Assembly (NCBI GenBank): GCA_964353355.1
Contig: CAYGVT010000066.1
Location: 9,989 to 73,988 of the forward strand
DNA length: 64,000 bases
Direction of reading: 5' to 3'
Source: an uncultured Thermoplasmata archaeon
GTDB taxonomy: Archaea > Thermoplasmatota > DTKX01 > GCA-020343715
The notes beneath the pieces are model-generated. The model was given only the letters and a program-made list of their open reading frames with translations. It made no database searches and was not told the DNA's origin. This document shows positions 17,519 through 25,720 of this stretch, one piece after another. How positions within the stretch are numbered: position 1 is the stretch's first letter; each line of letters opens with the position of its first letter. The position numbers were made by a program, and so were the translations under genes.

Positions 17519-18688
17519 GTGCGCGAGGTCGCCATCGTCGGGGCGGGCGTGACGCAGTTCGGGGAGCTGTGGGAGCGCTCGCTGCGCGACATAGGGCTCG
17601 AGAGCGGCATGCTCGCGCTCATGGACGCGGGCCTCGAGACCGAGGACGTCGAGGCCCTCTACCTCGGCAACATGTCCGCGGGCAGGTTCATCCAGCAGGA
17701 GCACATCGGCGCGCTCATCGCGGACCACTCGGGCCTCGCGGACCGAGGCGTGCCCGCCACGCGCGTCGAGGCGGGCGGGGCCTCGGGGGGCCTGGCGCTG
17801 CATCAGGCCTACCTCGCCGTCGCGTCCGGCCTCCACGACGTGGTCATGGTGGGCGGCGCGGAGAAGATGACCGACGTGTCCGACCAGGACGCCGAGGAGA
17901 CCACCGGCTTCGCGGCCGACCAGGAGTGGGAGGTGTTCTTCGGGGCGACCCTCGCGTCGCTCTACGCGCTGGTCGCGCGCCGCCACATGCACCTCCACGG
18001 CACGACGAGCGAGCAGCTGGCGGCCGTGGCGGTCAAGAACCACGCGCACGGGGCGGCCAACCCCAAGGCCCAGTTCCAGTCGCGCATCACCATCGAGGAC
18101 GTGCTTCGCGCGAGTCGCGTGGCCGAGCCCCTTGGCGTCTACGACTGCGCGCCCCTGACGGACGGTGGCGCGGCCGTGGTGCTAACCACGCCCGACCGCG
18201 CCCGCGAGCTCGGGAGGCCTTCAATCGTCATCCGCGGCTCCGCCCAGGCGTCCGACACGCTCGCCCTCCACGACCGGTGGTCGCTCACGGAGCAGCGCGC
18301 GACGCGCATCGCGGCCGAGCGCGCGCTCAAGCAGGCGGGCATGTCGCTCTCGGACGTGGACGTGGCCGAGCTCAACGACGCGTTCACCATCGCCGAGGTC
18401 GTCGCGCTCGAGGAGATCGGGTTCGCCAAGCGCGGTGAGGGGGGCCGGTGCGCGCCCGAGGGCCGCACCGCGCTCGGCGGCGAGCTGCCCGTGAACACGT
18501 CGGGCGGGCTCAAGGCCCGCGGCAACCCCTGGGGCGCGACCGGCATCGCGCAGGTGGTGGAGCTCTTCGACCAGCTGGTGGGCCGCGCCAGGGGCAGGCA
18601 GGTCGACGGCGCGCGCGTGGGATTGGCCCACAACGTGGGGGGGACAGGCGCGACCGTCGTCGTGCACGTGCTGGAGGCGGTCCGATGA
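17519..18688 (+). CDS. acetyl-CoA C-acetyltransferase (archaeal thiolase) partnered with HMGCS/DUF35
   Basis: 389 aa with a GTG start. Thiolase motifs VAIVGAGVTQFG, YDCAPLTDGGAAVVL, NTSGGLKARGNPWGATGIAQ, GLAHNVGGTG. Confidence 0.9.
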   Translation: MREVAIVGAGVTQFGELWERSLRDIGLESGMLALMDAGLETEDVEALYLGNMSAGRFIQQEHIGALIADHSGLADRGVPATRVEAGGASGGLALHQAYLAVASGLHDVVMVGGAEKMTDVSDQDAEETTGFAADQEWEVFFGATLASLYALVARRHMHLHGTTSEQLAAVAVKNHAHGAANPKAQFQSRITIEDVLRASRVAEPLGVYDCAPLTDGGAAVVLTTPDRARELGRPSIVIRGSAQASDTLALHDRWSLTEQRATRIAAERALKQAGMSLSDVDVAELNDAFTIAEVVALEEIGFAKRGEGGRCAPEGRTALGGELPVNTSGGLKARGNPWGATGIAQVVELFDQLVGRARGRQVDGARVGLAHNVGGTGATVVVHVLEAVR

Positions 18689-19131
18689 CCGGCGTGAGGT
18701 TCTGGCGCGAGTTCGCCTCGCGCTACCGCATGCTCGCGACGAGGTGCCCGCTGTGCGGGCTGGTCTACTTCCCCCCGCGGGACGTGTGCCGCAAGTGCCG
18801 GCGCGCCTCCGTCGGGAGGATGGAGCGCGTGCCCATGCCCCGCATCGGCAAGGTGATGACCTGCACCGTCGTGCACCAGGGGCAGAAGGGCTTCGAGGAC
18901 CAGGTGCCCTACGTCCTTGCCATCGTGGAGTTCGAGGGCGGCGTCACCGTGATGGGGCAGGTCGTGGACTGCGACACGTGCGACGTGGGCATCGGCATGG
19001 AGGTCAAGCCCGTGTTCCGCCGCATCCGCGAGGAGGGCGAGGCCGGGGTCATCCACTACGGCTACAAGTTCGCGCCGACCTGCTACCCCGTCTGCGCCGT
19101 CGACGAGGAAGTTACCGAGCGGAAGGACTGA
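18685..19131 (+). CDS. DUF35 OB-fold/zinc-ribbon scaffold protein of the archaeal thiolase-HMGCS complex
   Basis: CPLCGLVYFPPRDVCRKC zinc ribbon followed by an OB fold. Overlaps the thiolase stop (ATGA). Confidence 0.85.
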   Translation: MTGVRFWREFASRYRMLATRCPLCGLVYFPPRDVCRKCRRASVGRMERVPMPRIGKVMTCTVVHQGQKGFEDQVPYVLAIVEFEGGVTVMGQVVDCDTCDVGIGMEVKPVFRRIREEGEAGVIHYGYKFAPTCYPVCAVDEEVTERKD

Positions 19132-19141
19132 GGCGGGGGCG

Positions 19142-19471
19142 TCACAGCTTGCCGTCCTTGGCCTTCTTCTGCAGCCGCTTGGAACGCTCCTTGGCCGTGA
19201 AGCCTGTGGCGGCCTCCAGGAACGTGTTCCACCGCCTGATGGTCTCGGCTGCGACCTCGGGGTTCGCCCCCTTGTCGGTCTCCGAGAGGACCTCGAACCG
19301 GTCCTTGGAGACGAGCTTGGCGCGGATGGAAGTGATGGCCCCGTAGGACGTCGTGAGCCAGCCGTCGGGCGTCTGCTCGACGCTGCCACCGAAGTGCTGC
19401 TCCAGCAGCCCCCGCAGCCCGTCCCCTTCGACGTTCTTGTAATGGCCCCGCTTGATGTCATGCACGACCAT
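19142..19471 (-). CDS. conserved hypothetical protein (109 aa)
   Basis: High GC3 coding signature and a clean ORF convergent with the DUF35 gene. No motif recognised. Confidence 0.55.
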   Translation of the reverse strand: MVVHDIKRGHYKNVEGDGLRGLLEQHFGGSVEQTPDGWLTTSYGAITSIRAKLVSKDRFEVLSETDKGANPEVAAETIRRWNTFLEAATGFTAKERSKRLQKKAKDGKL

Positions 19472-19532
19472 GGTCTCCCACCGCCTGCGCAGGGTTCAAT
19501 TACCTGCACCTACAATATTCTTGCGGAGGACC

Positions 19533-19739
19533 ATGCGGCTCGTGCGACCGTGCGCAGTCTGCGGGCGGCCGACGCCATCTTCCTGCCACATGTGCGGTGT
19601 GCCGGTCTGCCACAATTGTGCCGTGCCGCGGAGGCCCGGTCAGGTCCTGTGCCCGAGCTGCTCCGCTGGACGTGCAGGTGGCGATGACGCGGTGCCCCAA
19701 GGCCCTGATGGGCACGAGGGGCCCAGGACGATGGGATAG
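19533..19739 (+). CDS. possible small C4-type zinc-ribbon protein (68 aa)
   Basis: MRLVRPCAVCG...CHMCGVPVCHNCAV...LCPSCS has several CxxC pairs. A TATA-like ctacaatattc lies about 20 nt upstream. GC3 is lower than in neighbouring genes. Confidence 0.3.
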   Translation: MRLVRPCAVCGRPTPSSCHMCGVPVCHNCAVPRRPGQVLCPSCSAGRAGGDDAVPQGPDGHEGPRTMG

Positions 19740-19740
19740 C

Positions 19741-20235
19741 TCACGCGCCCTTGAGCAGGCGGGCCGCCTCGGCCTCCTGCAGCCTCATGGCACGCAGCAC
19801 GTAGCGCAGCGCCTTGCGTCCGATGTCGTCGCGCATCTGCTGCGGCAAGTCGTCCAACTTCTCCTTGCGCGCGCGGTAGAGCTCCAGCCCGAACTCGTTC
19901 CAGTACAGGTAGGCGCTGTCGGGGTCCAGCTCCGCGGACTTGTTGTAGCTCTGCTCCGCGAGCTCGAAGTGGCCCGCCTCGATGGCGAATGCGCCCAGGC
20001 GCGAGTGGAAGAACGGGTTGTCGGGCGCGAGCTCGCACGCGCGCTTGTAGTCGGCGATGACCTCCTCGACGGGGACCTTGGGGACTCCCAGGGCGGATTC
20101 GGCCTTGCCGAAGTGGGCCTCGGCCGACTTGGGGTCGAGCTTGACGGCCTTCTTGAACCGGGCCATCGCCCCCTCGAAGTCCGCATCCGCGAGCTTCCTC
20201 TCACCCGCCTCGATCTCCTTGAGCGCCTCGTCCAT
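19741..20235 (-). CDS. TPR-repeat protein
   Basis: 164 aa. Repeated TPR-like helix pairs: AEAHFGKAESAL, YKRACELAPDNPFFHSRLG, YNKSAELDPDSAYLYWN. Confidence 0.72.
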   Translation of the reverse strand: MDEALKEIEAGERKLADADFEGAMARFKKAVKLDPKSAEAHFGKAESALGVPKVPVEEVIADYKRACELAPDNPFFHSRLGAFAIEAGHFELAEQSYNKSAELDPDSAYLYWNEFGLELYRARKEKLDDLPQQMRDDIGRKALRYVLRAMRLQEAEAARLLKGA

Positions 20236-20460
20236 GGGTCATCACCTGTCCGTCGGTTGCTTGGGATTCCTACATACGTTTCGGCCCGCTCTTAAACCTT
20301 TGGTTTCGTTTGACACGGGAGCGAATGATGGTGCGTCCGTTCCTCTCCTCCCCCCCCCGCACCGGCCGCGGACGGGAGGGGGACCCGTCAACGGGACACG
20401 GCGGCTGCGCGGGGGTCGGGTGCAAACTTGAAGTATGCGTCGCGCCCCTTGTCGTTGGCG

Positions 20461-21168
20461 ATGTTCGCCGACCGCGACGACGCGGGCCGCGCTCTCGGCG
20501 TCGCGCTGCGCGCGAGGCCGTGGGCGCGCCCCGATGCCCGTCCGCTCGTGCTCGCCATCCCGCGCGGGGGCGTCCCCGTGGCCTACCACGCCGCGAGGGC
20601 GCTCGGGGCGCAGCTTGACCTGGTGGTGCCGAGGAAGCTACAGATACCGTGGGAGCCCGAGGCCGGGTTCGGGGCCGTGACCTCCGACGGCACGGTCACC
20701 CTCAACGAGCAACTGGTCGCGCGGCTGCGCCTCACGCGAGAGGAGGTGGGCAAGCTCGCGGCGAGGACGGTCGAGGAGGCAAAGCGGAGGGAGACGGAGT
20801 TCCGCGGCGACGCGCCTCCGCCCGACGTCCGCGGCCGCGCGGTCGTCGTCGTGGACGACGGTATCGCCTCCGGCTTCACGATGGTCGCCGCGCTGCGGTC
20901 GCTGCGCGCGCGCGGCGCCCACACGCTCGCGGTGGGCGCGCCGTGCGCGCCCGCGGATTCCATCGACCGGGTCTCGCCCAACGCCGACGACGTGACCGTG
21001 CTCGAGGTCGACCGCGGCTGGTCCTTCGCGGTGGCCTCGCACTACGATCGGTGGTGGGACCTCGACGACGGAGAGGTCCACACATACCTGCACCGCGCGC
21101 GCGACGAGGGCCTCTTCAGCCCTGGCGCCGTCTTCCTAGGGTCGCCAGACCAGTCCAGAAATCATTAA
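20461..21168 (+). CDS. type I phosphoribosyltransferase-domain protein (putative PRTase)
   Basis: PRPP-binding motif VVVVDDGIASGFTM. N-terminal MFADRDDAGRALG resembles the predicted-PRTase family start. Confidence 0.72.
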   Translation: MFADRDDAGRALGVALRARPWARPDARPLVLAIPRGGVPVAYHAARALGAQLDLVVPRKLQIPWEPEAGFGAVTSDGTVTLNEQLVARLRLTREEVGKLAARTVEEAKRRETEFRGDAPPPDVRGRAVVVVDDGIASGFTMVAALRSLRARGAHTLAVGAPCAPADSIDRVSPNADDVTVLEVDRGWSFAVASHYDRWWDLDDGEVHTYLHRARDEGLFSPGAVFLGSPDQSRNH

Positions 21169-21175
21169 TACCGCG

Positions 21176-23920
21176 ATGGCCCTTTTGAATGCCATGGGAC
21201 GGCTGGCCATCCGCGCGGCGCTGGTCGCTGGCGCGCTCCTCCTCGTGGCGCTGGCACAGGCCGCGCCGCCGGCCTCAGCGGACCGCGGGCCCGAGGACCT
21301 CGCGCTCTCTGGCACGGTGCGCACGGGGGACGGGCTGTCCTTCGTGAGGTCGGCGAGCGTGACGATGCAGGTCTACGACGGCGCTCGCACGGCCGCGAAC
21401 TTGACCTTCACGGGGCTACTGGTCTCCGGCGACGACGGCACCTTCGCCTTCACGGTGCCGGCGGCGGACTGGGACAGGGACCACAACGCGACGCTCCTGG
21501 CCTCATATCCCCTCGTGGGGGCCTCGGGGCAATCCGACTTCGCGCTCAGCGGCGCCACGGCGCAGCTGCGCGACGTGTCCCTCGGGTGGAACCGCACGCT
21601 GGGCATGGGCATCGTCCTGGAGCGCACCCGCGTCGCGACCGCCCGCGACGCCCAGGCCACCTTCGTCATCAACGTCACCAACTCGGGAAACGACACCGAC
21701 GCGGTGCTGCTGCAGGCGCTGCCCGGGGACGCGGGCGTCACGGCCCAGTTCAGCCCCCGCGAGCGCGTCGAGCTCGCCCCCGGCAGGTCGCAGCTGGTGA
21801 GCCTCCTCGTGGAGGGCGACGGCCAGGGCGCTGGCGACCACGGTGTGCTCCTGAGCTGGAGCTCCGAGTGGTTCACCGCGGAGACCGGTCAGGTCGACCT
21901 GGTGTGGGAGGTCGTGCCCGAGGTGCTCCTGTCTGTGTCGGGGACCGGCATCTCATGGTGGCCGGACCCGCTCTACGACGGCGACGCGGCCCTGCTCAAC
22001 TGCACAGTCGCCAACGGCGGTCGCGACCTCGCGCAGGGCGCGAACGTCACCGTCGTCCTCACCCACCCGACCATTGGGGAGGTGCTGCGCGACCGCGTGA
22101 GGCTGGACGTGCCCGCGCTCGGCGCCATGGTCGCCAGCTTCCCCTGGACAGCCGTATACTCCCTGCAGGCGTACGCACTGCGGTTCGAGGTCGAGCACCC
22201 CCTCGACGCAGGCCACGACGATGACACGGCCGAGGTACCTCTGCCGGTAGGCGTGCGCAACATGGCGCCCACGGTCGCGTTCATCTCGCCCGCGGAGGGT
22301 GCGCGCCTCATCGGCATCGTCACGGTGCGTCTCTCCGTCACCGACCCCGACGGCGCGTCGGGCGCCACGGGGGCCTTCGTCCGCATCGACGGCGGCGCGT
22401 GGTCACCGCTTGCGCTCCCGAGCCCCTCCTACCGGTGGGAGACGACGACAGTCGTGGACGGCTGGCACACGCTCGAGGCCTACGCCACCGACAAGTACTC
22501 CGCCTCCGACATCGTGTCCATCACGGTCAAGGTGGAGAACGAGGGCCCCAACGGGCCCCCGGCCGTCCTCGTCGAGGCGCCAGTGGAGGGCGACGTGTTC
22601 GCCTCCCTGCTGTGGGCCAAGGGAACGTCCTACGACCCTGACCCGTCCGATGCGGTCGAGCGCGTCGAGGCGCGCATCGACGACGGCGCGTGGGCGGCCG
22701 CGGACGGCACGGCCCACTGGACGTACGAGGCCGACTGCTCCGGCCTCGCGGCGGGCGCGCACGAGCTTTGGGTGCGCGCGTTCGACGGCATCGACACGTC
22801 CTCGCCCGTGCGTGTCAACTTCACCGTGACCAAGCAGGGCGCGACCGCCCTGGTCCTGGACTTCCATGTGTTCCCGGTCTCCTCCCTGCCGGGCGAGCTC
22901 GTCGAGCTGCGCGGCTCGGTCAGGTACAGTAACGGCGTGCGCGCACGCGCCGCAGAGGTCCACCTCTCGGGGCAGGGCGTGCTGGCGGACAGGTCCGTCA
23001 CCGCCGACGTGCGAGGGGAGTTCACCGATACAATCACCGCGCCAGCGGACGCGGGAGTCTACACCTACAGAGCGCAGGCCTCGGACGGGATGGGCATGTC
23101 CAAGTCCGGGGAGGCGAACCTCACGGTCATCAGGCCCGTCTCGCCGGACCTCATGGTGGCCTCCATCGTCCTCGAGGGCGAGCTCCGGGCGGTGGGCGTC
23201 AACATCACCGTCGGGGTCGAGGTCCGCAACCTAGGCACGGGCCAGGCCGAGTGCAACCTCACCGCGTGGGAGGGGGAGCCCGGCCAGGGCAGGCTCGTCG
23301 TCCGGCGGCTCATCACGGTCTACGACGCGCTCAATGCGTCGTTCGAGTGGGAGCCCTCCGAGGCGGGCAGCGTCGTCCTCTGGGTCGCCTTGGAGGACGT
23401 GAGGCCCCTGGACACGAACGCGAGCAACGACCGCCGCTCGGAGCCCGTCACGGTCCTCGACGTGCCCGACGTGGTGCTGCTCAGGGTCGTGCCCTCGAAC
23501 CTGAGGCCCTACGAGGAGCTCGCGATCACGATCTCGGCCGCGCTCGAGAACACGGGGGGCGTCAACGCCACCTGCGACGTCGAGCTGTTCCTGGACGACC
23601 TCAACGAATCGTCCCGTATCGGAATGAGCACGGACGTGCTGGTGCCCGCCGGCGGGAGCGGCTATGCCACGTTCGACTGGATGCCTGTGAAGGGCCACCA
23701 CACCCTCTACGCGCGTGTGCGCAACGTGCACCCGGTCGAGGTGAGGACGGACAACAACGAGGGGTCCCAGGCCGTCGACGTGACGGGACCCTATGAGCCG
23801 GAGCCCAGGGACGAGCAGGGGTTCCTGCCTGGCCCCTCCGCGGCGCTCGCCGTCGCGGCCGTCGCCGCCTGCGCGGCCGCCGTGCTGCTCGCCCGCTCGC
23901 CTCGACGCCGCCGACGGTGA
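21176..23920 (+). CDS. large secreted surface protein with Ig-like/CARDB-type repeats, many N-glycosylation sequons and a PGF-CTERM-like (PGP) C-terminal anchor
   Basis: 914 aa. Signal peptide LAIRAALVAGALLLVALAQAAPPASA. More than 15 N-x-S/T sequons. C-terminus GFLPGPSAALAVAAVAACAAAVLLARSPRRRRR. Confidence 0.7.
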   Translation: MALLNAMGRLAIRAALVAGALLLVALAQAAPPASADRGPEDLALSGTVRTGDGLSFVRSASVTMQVYDGARTAANLTFTGLLVSGDDGTFAFTVPAADWDRDHNATLLASYPLVGASGQSDFALSGATAQLRDVSLGWNRTLGMGIVLERTRVATARDAQATFVINVTNSGNDTDAVLLQALPGDAGVTAQFSPRERVELAPGRSQLVSLLVEGDGQGAGDHGVLLSWSSEWFTAETGQVDLVWEVVPEVLLSVSGTGISWWPDPLYDGDAALLNCTVANGGRDLAQGANVTVVLTHPTIGEVLRDRVRLDVPALGAMVASFPWTAVYSLQAYALRFEVEHPLDAGHDDDTAEVPLPVGVRNMAPTVAFISPAEGARLIGIVTVRLSVTDPDGASGATGAFVRIDGGAWSPLALPSPSYRWETTTVVDGWHTLEAYATDKYSASDIVSITVKVENEGPNGPPAVLVEAPVEGDVFASLLWAKGTSYDPDPSDAVERVEARIDDGAWAAADGTAHWTYEADCSGLAAGAHELWVRAFDGIDTSSPVRVNFTVTKQGATALVLDFHVFPVSSLPGELVELRGSVRYSNGVRARAAEVHLSGQGVLADRSVTADVRGEFTDTITAPADAGVYTYRAQASDGMGMSKSGEANLTVIRPVSPDLMVASIVLEGELRAVGVNITVGVEVRNLGTGQAECNLTAWEGEPGQGRLVVRRLITVYDALNASFEWEPSEAGSVVLWVALEDVRPLDTNASNDRRSEPVTVLDVPDVVLLRVVPSNLRPYEELAITISAALENTGGVNATCDVELFLDDLNESSRIGMSTDVLVPAGGSGYATFDWMPVKGHHTLYARVRNVHPVEVRTDNNEGSQAVDVTGPYEPEPRDEQGFLPGPSAALAVAAVAACAAAVLLARSPRRRRR

Positions 23921-23935
23921 CGGTGACCTCGCCGA

Positions 23936-25627
23936 ATGGTTGATAACGGCCGCCAGCCATCCACGACCAGCATGGCCGAGCCTACCGCGGACCGGGAGCT
24001 CATCGTCCATCTCTTCGAGGGGGGCGGCATCACGGAGGGCGAGCTGCGCGAGTTCCTCGCCTCCCGCCCGGGCGCGCTGTCGCGGCACCTGACCGAGGAG
24101 TTCGTGCGCACCGTCGGCGCGCTGCGCCGCGGCGACTTCCACGAGGTCGAGGCCAGGGGCTTCGTCGTCCCCGCGCCCTCGAACCTTGAGCCCCTGTTCG
24201 TCGTCGCCCGCCAGCGCATCGAGCGCCTCATGAACTGCCCGACCGCGCTCGCGGTGCTCTCGCCCAGCCCCACTGACGCGCGGTTCGCGCTGCCCGTCGT
24301 CGTGCCGCGCGACGTTGCGCCCGCCATGGAGCTGCGCCACGCCCGGTTCGCGCGCGTGCGCGCGACGCTCCTGAACCTGGAGTCGCTCGGGGGGGCCCCC
24401 GCGCGGTTCCTGCTCGCCCACGAGGTCCACGCGCTCACGCTCGAGGACTTCTTCGCGGCGCGCGCGCCCTCCCTCACGGGCGCCGACGTGCTCCGCCTGC
24501 TACAGGACCGGTTGAACCTGGACTACCCTGAGGTCCGGATGGCGCTCCTCGTGCACCTGTTCTCCGCGCCCCCCTACCTCGACCGCGCAGGGGGCACGGG
24601 CCTCACGCTCCTCGCTTGCGAGGACCGGGCCCGGTGCCTGAGCAAGCGCGCGCTCGAGGACGTGCTGGGCGACATGCGGTACGCGCTCCCGCCCTTCATG
24701 ACGGGGCGGCGCGCGAGCGCCACCATGGACTACCACGGCATCCGGGGGGTGCCCCTGCGGTTCGGACCCTCCAGGATGAGCTGGAGGTTCGATGCCCCCG
24801 CGCGGGAAGCGGCGTCCTTCCTCAAGGACCGCGTCCCCCCGGTCGCGGGCGCGGAGGTGTCGATGTCGACGCGCAGCGTGCTGGAGGTCCACGACTTCGA
24901 GCGGTCCATCAAGGAGATGGCGCGGCACCGCACCGACACGCAGCTGGTGCTCAGCGTTTCGGACCTACCTGTGCTGCTGGGGCGCGACGACGTCACCCGC
25001 GACGAGCGGGCGCTCGCGCTGCACGAGCAGTCTGAGGACATCGCCCACGCGGTCGTGCACGCGGCCGCGCGCGTGCCCGGCACCGTGCTCGAGCCCATCG
25101 AGCGAGGGGCCCTCGTGGACGCCATCCTGCGCGACATCCACAAGGACTGGCCAGACCTCGAGCGGCTGCTGCGGGGCGAGGTGCTCCTGGACCTGGGCGC
25201 GCGCGGTGGCCTCATCGAGCACGCGACGCGCGCGGCGGGCGCGGCCGCGCGCGCGTTCGGCCGGCCCCCCGAGGAGGCGGCCCGCGCCGTCAAGGACATG
25301 TACGTCGACGTGTTCGCGCGGTTCTACGGCGAGCTCGAGCCCACGCTGCGCCACCACATCGCCGTCCTCGAGAAGCGCGAGCGCGCCCTGCTTGAGCAGA
25401 TGGACCGCGACCTGCTCGACGCCATCGAGGGGGCGTTCCTGCAGCTCGACGCGAAGTGGCCCGACGGCTGGCCCTACCCCGAGTTCGAGCGGCTGGTCCT
25501 ATCGCGCGTGCAGCTCGGCCGCGCGCGCCTGAGGCGCAAGTTCGACCTCCTGCGGCAGGAGGGCGAGGTCCGCGAGGTGACGCATGGCGTGTACATGCGC
25601 ATCTGGGGCCTCTCGCGGTTCCTGTGA
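23936..25627 (+). CDS. hypothetical protein (563 aa, alpha-helical, no recognised motif) immediately upstream of mcm
   Basis: Long ORF on the gene strand with high GC3. No Walker or metal motifs seen. Confidence 0.55.
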   Translation: MVDNGRQPSTTSMAEPTADRELIVHLFEGGGITEGELREFLASRPGALSRHLTEEFVRTVGALRRGDFHEVEARGFVVPAPSNLEPLFVVARQRIERLMNCPTALAVLSPSPTDARFALPVVVPRDVAPAMELRHARFARVRATLLNLESLGGAPARFLLAHEVHALTLEDFFAARAPSLTGADVLRLLQDRLNLDYPEVRMALLVHLFSAPPYLDRAGGTGLTLLACEDRARCLSKRALEDVLGDMRYALPPFMTGRRASATMDYHGIRGVPLRFGPSRMSWRFDAPAREAASFLKDRVPPVAGAEVSMSTRSVLEVHDFERSIKEMARHRTDTQLVLSVSDLPVLLGRDDVTRDERALALHEQSEDIAHAVVHAAARVPGTVLEPIERGALVDAILRDIHKDWPDLERLLRGEVLLDLGARGGLIEHATRAAGAAARAFGRPPEEAARAVKDMYVDVFARFYGELEPTLRHHIAVLEKRERALLEQMDRDLLDAIEGAFLQLDAKWPDGWPYPEFERLVLSRVQLGRARLRRKFDLLRQEGEVREVTHGVYMRIWGLSRFL

Positions 25628-25720
25628 GGTGGCGTGCGGGCGTGCGCCACATTCGCTGAACCCCCCGTAAGCAATATCTCCCCCCTTCGCCATAGGGGGC
25701 ATTCCCCGCGGGAGAGGGAC

